From Octopus bimaculoides (lineage: Eukaryota): DNA of 35,982 nt. Position 1 is the stretch's first letter. Every line of letters begins with the position of its first letter. Both the position numbers and the translations under genes were made by a program. Below are positions 23,733 to 33,384 of the stretch, piece after piece. Below the pieces are notes generated by a model. It made no database searches. It worked only from the letters and a program-made list of their open reading frames with translations, and was not told where the DNA came from. The stretch lies in assembly GCF_001194135.2 (NCBI RefSeq), contig NC_068994.1, positions 28,921,759 to 28,957,740 on the forward strand, in the 5' to 3' direction.

Positions 23733-25924
23733 ATCATCATTTAACGTCCACCGTCCATGCTGACATGGGTTGGACGGTTACACTCTGTTGAATATGCACA
23801 CTGACATTGCACATCCAGCAAAGCATATTGGTTTCATTTCTTTCAAGCCTACACATGTCCTCTGAAGTCACAGCTCATGTTTCACTGCCATATAGCATAG
23901 CTGTATGCACACAGGCATCATACAATCTGCCTTTCACTCTGAGAGAGAGGTTCCTTGTTACCAGCTGAGGTAGGAACTCTCTGAACTTTGCCCAACCTAA
24001 TCTTATTCTCAGAGTACCTAGATAACAGAAGCTATCTACTACCTCTGGCAGTTGATGGAGTCAATTTTCTGCACATTTTCAGCGTTTATTGTACCTGTGT
24101 ATCTCCCACTTACCTGTTTCTCTGTTAACCTTTCTCTGATATTGCTGCACTTTTTATGTGTCCAAAGCTTACACTGGGTGCATCTTATGGAGTTTCTACC
24201 TATGCCTTTTCTACAGATCGAACAGGACCAGCTACCTGAAGAGCCTCAGAGTTAACCTAAGTAGGAAGGCAGACAGCCTTCCTACTTAGGTTAACTCTGA
24301 GGCCCTTCAATTCTAGACCTTGCTTCTATACTTGGAACTTCTCTAGTTCTGGTAGTGATTCAGCTATTAGAGCAAAGTCATCAATATAGAGGAGCTCCCA
24401 GGGGCAGCATATCTTGAATTCCTCTGTTATTGCCTGGAGGACTATGATGAACCCCTACTTGTACCCTGAATTCTTTGCTGTACTCATTACCAACCCTGAC
24501 TTTACTGGTAGCTCTCACCAACCACTTGTACAGCTCTCACCAACCACTTGTCTATCCCTAGTTTCTACATTGACCACCAAATAAGGGATCAGGGGACCCT
24601 ATCAAAGGCTTTCTCTAAGTCAACATAGGTTTATCTATGGCCAGGTATTTCTCCTGCAGCTATCTTACCAGAAATATAGCATCAGTAGTGCTTCTCCTTA
24701 GCACAAAACCAAACTGCATCTCGTCTAGGCTAAATCTCTTCCTAATTAGTTGGGCTATGACTCTCTCCATAACTTTCATCACCTGACCCAACAATTTGAT
24801 ACCTCTGTAATTATTTCTATCTAGGGCATTAGCATTAGGTATGACTCCTTTGTGGACCACCTGATTTACAATACAGGTGACTAGACACCACCAGATATTT
24901 TAAGCATCTCAACAGTGATTCCTGATGGACCGGGGGCTTTCTCTGTCTTCATATCCTAAATTGCTTTATCTACCAAGGTACTGTCAATTTGTATAGCTGG
25001 TCCCTCAATTGAGTTAACATTTAGCAGACTTTCCTCCTCCCGTTCATTCTCCACATTCAGCAGTCTTTCATAATGGCATTTCCAAGCCTCTTTCTTTGCA
25101 GAATCATTAAATGCAAGTTCACTATCATCCATGCGGACACATTTCTCTTCTATGACATGATTTTCTTACACACATTGTCTTACAATCTAAAACACTTCAC
25201 ATGACTGAACATAGGCAAACGTCTTTTCTGCTTCTCTCTTGACTAGATACACCTGTCTCCTAGCTTCCCTTCTGGCTATCTGATGCAGTTCCTTGCTACC
25301 CCCACTCTTCCAATCCCTCCAGGCCTGTTTCTTTACTCTAATGGCCCTGTCTACCACATCATTCCACCACTACTTTACCCTAGGTCTTGTTGGGATTTCG
25401 CACCACCCACAAATTTGGTCTGTGGCACTCAACAAGCTGTCCTGCAGGAATTCCCAGTTGCCCTCTATGTAACAAGTTTGTAGCTCCTCCTCCCTCTCAT
25501 CAAATTTCTCAATTAGGATGTCCCTAAATCTCTGAGCACATGAAGGGTCCTTAAGTTTCCAAATCCTTCTTTTCCAGGAGGTCTGCTTCTTGGCATCCTT
25601 CTGACCTAGAGTCTAAAATCACTAACAACTACTCTATACTGGGAGATACATTCTTCACTAGGGGAGGTCTTTGTATTTAAGAGCAACCATGCATCCCACT
25701 GCCTGGTGAGAATGTAATTGATCTGGATAGCATAGCTACCTGATTGGTAGGTTATCAGGTGGCTGGTCGGCTTCCTGAAGTTGGTGTTGCAGATCAATAG
25801 GTTATTTGCATCACAGAACTCCAGTAGCTTTGTTCTCTCTTTGTTTCGTGAGCCAATTCCATGGCCCCCATATACACCATAGAAAATACTGGGCTGCCGT
25901 CTGACATGCCCATTGAAGTCCCCA
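23733..25924 (-). mobile_element. Decayed RTE-clade LINE (end of the AP endonuclease, RT, Cys-rich segment, 3' tail with (GAT)n)
   Basis: Minus-strand fragments: GDFNGHV...RNKERTKLLEFCDANNLLICNTNFRK...ITYQSG...QINYILTR (endonuclease); NYRGIKLLGQVMKVMERV...EMQFGF...STTDAIFLVR; WELLYIDD (RT); CSICRKGIGRNSIRCTQCKLWTHKKCS; tail GTCCAACCCATG...GGACGTTAAATGATGATGAT. Many stops and frameshifts. Confidence 0.88.
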
Positions 25925-26158
25925 GTTCAGTCCCACCATTTTGAGCGTGGCCGTTGCCAGTACCGCCTGACTGGCTCCCGTAGGATTTTCGAGCGAGATC
26001 GTAGCCAGTGCCCCTGGACTGGCTTGTGCGGGTGGCACATAAAAGACACCATTTCGAGCGTGGCCGTTTTCGTGTGGGTGACACGTAAAAGCACCCACTA
26101 CACTCTCTGAGTGGTTGGCGTTAGGAAGGGCATCCAGCTGTAGAAACTCTGCCAAATT
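25925..26158 (+). mobile_element. Young CpG-rich non-autonomous element carrying the RTE-type 3' region, truncated by an assembly gap
   Basis: GGCGTTAGGAAGGGCATCCAGCTGTAGAAAC matches 32880-32910 (GGCATTAAGAAGAGCATCTAGCTGTAGAAAC); contains internal repeats and many intact CpGs. Confidence 0.75.
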
Positions 26159-26829
26159 NNNNNNNNNNNNNNNNNNNNNNNNNNNNNNNNNNNNNNNNNN
26201 NNNNNNNNNNNNNNNNNNNNNNNNNNNNNNNNNNNNNNNNNNNNNNNNNNNNNNNNNNNNNNNNNNNNNNNNNNNNNNNNNNNNNNNNNNNNNNNNNNNN
26301 NNNNNNNNNNNNNNNNNNNNNNNNNNNNNNNNNNNNNNNNNNNNNNNNNNNNNNNNNNNNNNNNNNNNNNNNNNNNNNNNNNNNNNNNNNNNNNNNNNNN
26401 NNNNNNNNNNNNNNNNNNNNNNNNNNNNNNNNNNNNNNNNNNNNNNNNNNNNNNNNNNNNNNNNNNNNNNNNNNNNNNNNNNNNNNNNNNNNNNNNNNNN
26501 NNNNNNNNNNNNNNNNNNNNNNNNNNNNNNNNNNNNNNNNNNNNNNNNNNNNNNNNNNNNNNNNNNNNNNNNNNNNNNNNNNNNNNNNNNNNNNNNNNNN
26601 NNNNNNNNNNNNNNNNNNNNNNNNNNNNNNNNNNNNNNNNNNNNNAAAAATAAGACAAGGTAGAAAATGCTAAAATAATTTTATTATGAAGTACGTTTTA
26701 GTACCGGCTTCTGTCTTTTAGACTTTTTCAACTAAGAGTAAAATAAGAAAAACAATTAAATTGGAGAAAAAAAATTAAGTGAAATGTTTTGTAAATATTT
26801 CCATAATCTTCAAAGTTAAAGGATGCAAA

Positions 26830-27060
26830 GTGAAGCCACTTGGTACAGATTAACCTTGGACTCTGCTGTGCATGCACACTAAGTTTTAACATTCTAGCTC
26901 ACTTCCGCAGTTTACAACAGTGCTTGGAAGGAAGGTGTGTAGTGTGTGATTGTTGCATTAACCACAACAGAGGAAGTTGAGCAGAGAATCTGCATCAAAT
27001 TTTGCCAAAAGCTTGGCAATACCTGCTCAGAGGCCTCTTCAAAGTTTTCAAAAAGTTTAC
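26830..27060 (+). mobile_element. Mariner-type transposon 5' remnant
   Basis: GAGCAGAGAATCTGCATCAAATTTTGCCAAAAGCTTGGC translates to EQRICIKFCQKLG, resembling the mariner N-terminal helix-turn-helix start; no further transposase is visible. Confidence 0.55.
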
Positions 27061-27511
27061 ATCATTCTTAATACAATCATGTGCATGTATGTGTGTATTT
27101 GCATGTGTGTGTATCTGCATGTGAGCATGTGTATGTGACCACATAGTATGTGTATGCATATATGTGAGAGCCTCTGTGTGTGCGTGTGTGTGTGTATGTA
27201 CCACTGTGAATGTGTGTGTGCATGCATGTGTGTGTGTGTGGGGGGGGTTCAAGTGGGAAGGAAATAGTTTCATGGTAGTTCATAGCAAGTTCAGACTCTG
27301 GATTAACAAAAAACAAACTGTTTGATTGACAAGAAACAAGAAGTTCAGGTGCAGAAAAGTGGCTAATGCTAGATGCAGAGCCAATCAAAGAAGGTGTCAG
27401 CCATGTTATTTACCAGCAAAATCATTGCTATCTTAAAAAATACGTTACAAATTACAGAAAAGACAAGTCTATTATAAGTGATTGATACAGTTGTGTGTGT
27501 GTGTAACAGTT

Positions 27512-27569
27512 ACTTGTCTAATACACATCCTCCTTATCACCACTTGTCTAATACACATCCTCCTTATCA
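27512..27569. repeat. 30-bp tandem duplication
   Basis: ACTTGTCTAATACACATCCTCCTTATCA occurs at 27512 and 27542. Confidence 0.9.
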
Positions 27570-28059
27570 TCACCATGCTTGCAATGGATCGACTGGAGAT
27601 TCTTGAGGCAGATTTTTGACAGATGGATGCCTTTTCTTTCACTGGCCCACACCTGTTTCCAAGCCAGATAATATTTCCTCTTGGCTGAACATGTTTTTAC
27701 AGAAGACTGGAAATGAAGAACACTGCTTGTATGACAGTAACACTCACTTTACAGCAATCATACAACGCCATGATAAGGAGACACCAATTCACTCAAACAT
27801 GCATATATTTCAATGAAAGCAACCATCCACGTTCGGTGAGTTTTGTAATACTTGATGATACTGGGAATATTTTTATATATACTACAAATGGAGATCTGAC
27901 TTGGCTGTCCACATCAGAGGGCATATGCAGATGAGGAGGGAGAGCTCAAATGATTTTACTCAAACAGTCAGACAAGTCTGTGTTTAAAGGTAACCTGTTA
28001 GATAATAAAGATAGAGTAGTTGATGGCATTGCAACATGATGTTTGAAGAAAATTCTATC

Positions 28060-28437
28060 TTTTGTTTGTTTCACACATTGGACTGTGGCCATGCTGGGGC
28101 ACCTTGATGAGTTTTAGTTGAACAAATTAACTTCAGTACCTATCTTAAAGTCTGTACTTATTGCATTGATCTCTTTTGCTGAACCACTGGATTACAAAGG
28201 ATGCAAACCAAGCAACACTGGTTGTCAAGTGATGGGATAGGGGAGACAAACACAAAGATATACATACACACATAAACATATACAATAGACTTCTACACAG
28301 TTTCCATCTACCAAATTTTCTCATAAGGTACTAGTCAGCCTTGGTCTATCATAGAGGATACTTGCCCAAAGTGCTGTGCAGTAAGATTGAACCCAAGACC
28401 ATTTGGTTGCAAAGTGAGTTTCTTAACCATACAGTCA
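28060..28437 (-). mobile_element. Near full-length composite SINE family B (tRNA head, CORE-like domain, microsatellite, second domain, 3' tail)
   Basis: Minus strand: CTGTATGGTTAAG...GGGTTCAATC...CACTTTGGGCAAGT...GGTAGATGGAAACTG...(TG)-rich...CTTGACAACCAGTGTTG...AATAAGTACAG...GGTGCCCCAGCATGGCCACAGTC. Confidence 0.8.
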
Positions 28438-29022
28438 GGTTGGCCTATTTGTTTTTGTTTGTTTTTGTTTTTTTAGTTTTGTTGTCTTTGATGGTTTAGT
28501 GATATCAGACAGGAGAGCACCTATGATCCTTTTCTAGGGCCTCCATTACTGGTGAGATGGAAGGATGGGTACTCTTATCCTCAGTCTAGGAACCTGGTTT
28601 GAAATCTTATGACAGAATGGACTCCTCCATTAAAGACAGTCATAGTCAAGGAGATAGTGTTAAACAGATGGACTAAGTTTGCCAAAAAGAGGAACAGAAA
28701 CAGTGTTATTGGCAGGCATAAACAACAACTACTGTTGGTTTGAATAGGAAATGTATGATTTCTGTTTGATAAAACAGCATACATCTAGTTATATATTCAC
28801 ACCAATGAGTCACAAATAGCTGTCCTATCACCCCAACTTAGTAGGGCTTATATGACAGATATTTCACCCTCTCTAGATCCTGGACTAAATGCTAACAACT
28901 GTTATCCTAACGACTGTAATCTTCTGGAACTATCTCCCTACAGACACTGATCTATGCAGGTTGAGTGGGGGAAAGGAGCACACACATAGACATACATACA
29001 CTCAGAGTTCATGAACACACGT

Positions 29023-29056
<34 letters not shown>

Positions 29057-29064
29057 TTATGATG

Positions 29065-29222
29065 TGCCTTTTTCAGTTTCTAACTACCAAATCCACTCAC
29101 AGGCTTTGGTCAGCCTGACATTATACCAAAAGACACTTGCCCAATGTGCCACGCTGTGAGACTGAACCTAAAATCATGTGGTTGGGAAGCAAGGTTCTTA
29201 CCACATAACCACACCTGTGCCT
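29065..29222 (-). mobile_element. SINE family B head
   Basis: TCAGTTTCTAACTACCAAATCCACTCACAGGCTTTGGTC...GACACTTGCCCAATGTGCCACGCTGTGAGACTGAACC...CATGTGGTTGGGAAGCAAG; follows a (CA)n tract. Confidence 0.85.
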
Positions 29223-29399
29223 ATGTATATATATAATTGAGTCAGATGAAGGACAATATCCAAACCCTTGCAGTCTCTCTCTTCTCTCCTTCCTGATGGG
29301 TGATACTGATAAAGCTGCAACCTAGCATGAACATCTACAGGTTAAACATGGCCGATATGGGAACTTTGCTGAGGGACATCCAAGAACCAGGTAGAGGTA

Positions 29400-29629
29400 T
29401 TAACCTTTTCATTATCATATTTCTGTTGAAATATACTCCCTTTGTTTCAATTAATTTTTCAAATAATTAAGAATTTAGTGAAGTAATTTTGTCATTATTA
29501 AGCTGGTTCTTGGAACTTAAATTACCTTGAAATTTTGATGGAAGATTTTAATTGAGATCACTTTAAAATAGAATATTTGTATCCTAGAACCAGGGATGCT
29601 CTCAGGTACATTGTTAACAAAAGGTTTAA
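29400..29629. mobile_element. Candidate piggyBac-like MITE
   Basis: Flanked by TTAA at 29400-29403 and 29626-29629, with imperfect inverted ends CCTTTTCATTA and TTAACAAAAGGT. Confidence 0.4.
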
Positions 29630-30106
29630 ACCAGGTTGTATGATATTATATAAGTTACCATCTCACCTATGGTGGTATGTCAGACTTACTTATAAATGGG
29701 ATAGTTTACTTGTTGGAGGAGTACTTTTTATAAATGGAAGCATTTCCCATGAATAACTACTAAAGTGTGAAACAGGGTTGATAAAACAAGTAACAATCAA
29801 GAACAGAAATCAATGAAATAAACTTTAGACATTGCCAAAATGTGGTGCCTTGGACCAATCTAAAAAAATCCTTGTAATCATTTTCACTAAGTGTCTTATG
29901 GGTAAATTTAAGCTAGAAGAAAGCTCTTACCAAGTGAAACACAAAATTTAGTTTCCATTGTTGTGGTTACAAATGACAGGAATTGAACATATGTAATTTT
30001 GGTCAATTATCCAAACATATTGAATAAGTGTTTTTGAGTAGATGCTTTTGGACTCAGAACATAAAGTGTCAAACACAAATCCCTTATATATAAAAAAATT
30101 TATATA

Positions 30107-31383
30107 CACAGACATGCAGGAAGTAAATAGACACCTTTAATTTTCAAAATCTTTTATTTTATATGCAAAGCAAACAATTGAAATGTGAACGATAGGCAGG
30201 ACTACATACTTTAGTATTTAGTTGACATTCCTTTTGCAGTTTTTAATTCAGAAACTCTTTTTGGCATTGAACTGATGAGCTTTGTGATTGTCTCTTGTGG
30301 AATTTCTGCCCACTTTTCATGCAACAATCGAAACAATTCATCTTTAGATTCAAGTTTCTGTTGAGTTTTTTGTATAACTCTATCTAGTATGCTCCAAAGA
30401 TTTTCAATTGGGTTCATGTCTGGAGTTTGGCTCAGCCAAGGAAGCTTTTTGATCCCATTTTCAGTCAGCCATTGTTAATTCCTTTTCGCTGTGTAGAATG
30501 GAGCCCCATCTTCCTTGAATAAAAGCTCATTTTTCATTATGTCATCGTGTGAATACATCAGAAGTAGTCCTTGCTTAAGTATTTCAATGTATTTTTCAGA
30601 GTTTATGGTTCCAACACAATCAATCAACTCAGAACGACCATTGCTGGTGACAGCTCTCCATACCATTACAGATATACTGCCATGTTTCACAAGTGGTTGG
30701 AGTTGTTTCAAATCAAATTCTTGATTGGAAAACCTCCAGACCCAAACACGTCCACTGTCTGAAAATAATGCAAATCTGGATTCATCTGAGAAAATCACTC
30801 TATCCCAAAATGAACTGGATTTTTCTGACATCTCCTTAGCCCGTTTCTTTCTTTTCATGATATTCATTGGTTTAAGGAGAGGTTTTCTTCTAGCTGCTCG
30901 TCCATAATACCCAAGCTTATGCAGATATGTAACACACATTCTTGGACTAACTTCTAGCTGTTTTGCAATGTTAAAAGCCTTCAAACGGGGTTCGTTTTCC
31001 ACAATTCTCTTCAAACAGCAAAGCTTCCTTTCCGAGGGTCCAGGTCAGCCAGGATAAGAATCTGTTGGTTCTTTTCCTTGGCTTTTGAATTGTACTATAA
31101 TTCTATTAACAGTAACGAGAGGAATTTAAAGATTTTCGGCAATTTTTCGCTGGCTAAGACCAGCTTCAGATTGCTCAACTATATGACCTCTTTGAAAATC
31201 CGACAGTTCTGCTGAATTTTTTGTGTGTGGCATGATTACTCTTCATGAATGTTTAATATAATGTCACCTGGAATGAAAAAGAATAATTACATTGTAAATT
31301 CCACACCGCTGAAAACATATTAAGACGCTTAGATCAGAAATTTTGAAAATTAAAGGTGTCTATTTACTTCCTGCATGTGTGTG
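30107..31383 (-). mobile_element. Tc1-family (DD34E) DNA transposon, full length
   Basis: 44-bp TIRs at 30107-30150 and 31340-31383 match at 43/44 positions; TA lies at 30105-30106, left of the element. The right TA is not seen (the flank is suspect, see rejected list). Confidence 0.93.
30211..31233 (-). pseudogene. Tc1 transposase pseudogene (340 codons plus stop, 3 in-frame stops, no frameshift)
   Basis: One frame from ATG 31233 ([19 protein letters not shown]...) through AARRKPLL, IFSDESRF, MVW, KEDGAP and SQTPDMNPIENLW to STKY*. I counted 34 residues between the second D and the E. Confidence 0.92.
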
Positions 31384-31734
31384 TGTGTGTGTGTGGACAT
31401 ATATATATATATATCTTTTATCTTTTAGTTATTTGAGCTTCTTACAGTTTCTGTCTNNNNNNNNNNTATATAGGTTGTGTTTTCCAAAATGGAGGCAAAC
31501 ACCTTTCTCCATGTGATTGGCATGAAAAATTGTTAAGACATTAAGATATTTTCCTGCTTTTCTTAATATGAAACCAATGGTAGCCTTAATTCATAAATAT
31601 AGAAATTATATCCATCAATGCAGTGTTGAGCACTCATTTTGATCATTCGATATTTCCGTACATGCATAATACATGTGTGTGTGTGTGTGTGTGGACATAT
31701 ATATATATATATCTTTTATCTTTTAGTTATTTGA

Positions 31735-31890
31735 GCTTCTTACAGTTTCTGTCTGCCAAATCCACTCACAAGACTTTGGTTGGTCTGAGGCTATACAAAA
31801 AGACACTTGCCCAAGTTGTCACACTGTAGAACTGAACCTGGAACCATGTGGTTGGGAAGCCAACTTCTTACCACACAGTCATGCCTGCAC
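31735..31890 (-). mobile_element. SINE family B head
   Basis: CAGTTTCTGTCTGCCAAATCCACTCACAAGACTTTGG...GACACTTGCCCAAG...CTGAACCTGGAACCATGTGGTTGGGAAGC. Confidence 0.85.
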
Positions 31891-32350
31891 CTGTTATATT
31901 TACATTATTTTGATAAATAAATACAAGCCACATATACTCATAGCTTACAGATAATTTACTGATATATATACACACTCACAATCCACATACACATACACAT
32001 AATGTTTGCAAATATACATTCACTCAGTTCATAAACACACACACACACACGAACGCATGTATGCACACACAATATCTACATTAAAGACATCAGACATTCT
32101 ATTCCTCACAATTTACCAATTATCCAAAAACTCTTCTATGGACTAATTATTGCTATTAGAAGTCCTTCCTCACCATTTTTATCAAATTCTAAGCTTTATT
32201 CTCTTGATATATTGAATGTGAACATAGTCTAGTCATATGTTCCTGAACGTCAAACCTTTATCACAACCATTGTGGGCTAAGCAAAACTTTGTGCATGGAT
32301 TTATTTGCTGGACACTGAAAGAAGCCCATCATTTATGTATATGTGAGAAT

Positions 32351-33016
32351 GTACAGCTATGCTACATGGCAGTAAAACATGGGCTTGACAACAGAAGACT
32401 TGCAAAGACTTGGAAGAAATGAAGCTAGCATGCTCTGCTGGATGGGTAATGTTTAGTGTGCACATATGACAGAGTGTAAATGATTTAAGAGGAAAATTGG
32501 GTATAAGAGGCATCAAATGTGTGCCAGAGAGGACTGCACTGGTCTGGTTATGTGATGTGTATGGATGACAGCTGCATAAAGATGTACTGAGCTCTAATTG
32601 TAGAGGGTGCCTGTGCAAGGGGTCAACCCAGGAAGATATGGGATGAAGTAGTAAGAAGGGATCTTCAGATGCTGGGCCTCACTGAGGAAGTGACAAGGGA
32701 CCAGGAGTTGTGGTGATTTGCTGTACTTGAGAAGATGCATCAAGCTCGGTAAAATCACTGTCATCCATCCAGGTTTTGTCCTTTACAGGTGCCACACAAA
32801 ATACACTCGTGCTGGTGTTGCATAAACACCACCATGTCAGTGGCACATAAAAAGCATCCAGCATACACTGTAAAGCGTTTGGCATTAAGAAGAGCATCTA
32901 GCTGTAGAAACAATGCCACCACAGACAATTGGAGTCTGGACAGCTCCTGTCAAACCGTCCAACCCATGCCAGCAAGGAAAATAAATGTTAAACAATGATG
33001 ATGATGATGATGAAGA
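32351..33016 (+). mobile_element. 5'-truncated RTE-clade LINE 3' end (ORF2 C-terminus, 3' UTR, (GAT)n tail)
   Basis: 32354-32479 is homologous to the reverse complement of ~23785-23910; remnants include AMLHGSKTW and GQPRKIWDEVV; tail CCGTCCAACCCATGCCAGC...TGATGATGATGA. A SINE family B fragment precedes it (~32240-32345). Confidence 0.85.
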
Positions 33017-33059
<43 letters not shown>

Positions 33060-33185
33060 ACAGACGCACATACACACACATATACATATATACAGTTCTC
33101 TATTTAAGAGATGAGGAATTATGCATATTATTTACATTATTTACATTTGACAAATATTTGTCCTCATCTTGTTTGTTGTTTGTTG

Positions 33186-33230
33186 TTAACACGTTTCGGC
33201 TGATATACCCTCCAGCCTTCATCAGGTGTC
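33186..33230 (-). ncRNA. Degenerate minimal type I hammerhead-ribozyme motif inside a short repeat (33093-33350), probably PLE-derived
   Basis: Minus strand: GACAC-CTGATGA-A-GGCTG(GAGGGTATAT)CAGCC-GAAA-CGT-GTT. Catalytic core boxes and a 5-bp stem II are present; the NUH triplet and stem I overlap. Confidence 0.6.
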
Positions 33231-33338
33231 TTGGGGAAATTTCGAATCTGGGTTCTCATTCCTAAAGTATTTTTCGATGTTATTATTATTATTATNNNNN
33301 NNNNNAATCTGGGTTCTCATTCCTAAAGTATTTTTCGA

Positions 33339-33339
<1 letters not shown>

Positions 33340-33384
<45 letters not shown>
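33340..33384. repeat. (TTA)n/(TAA)n microsatellite at the 3' junction of the R4/Dong-like element
   Basis: Direct reading. Confidence 0.95.

Noticed and set aside
24509-24551. 22-bp tandem duplication GCTCTCACCAACCACTTGT
   Set aside because: Ordinary post-insertion slippage inside the dead LINE.
31373-31752. An ~80-bp sequence (TG/TA repeats plus TCTTTTATCTTTTAG...CAGTTTCTGTCT) present twice, and apparent microsatellite growth from the Tc1 right TIR
   Set aside because: The first copy ends exactly at a 10-N gap and duplicates 31672-31752; most likely a scaffolding artefact, which also explains the missing right TA.
33246-33350. Direct duplication of AATCTGGGTTCTCATTCCTAAAGTATTTTTCGATG(TTA)n
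   Set aside because: The copies sit on either side of a 10-N gap, typical of an unmerged contig overlap.
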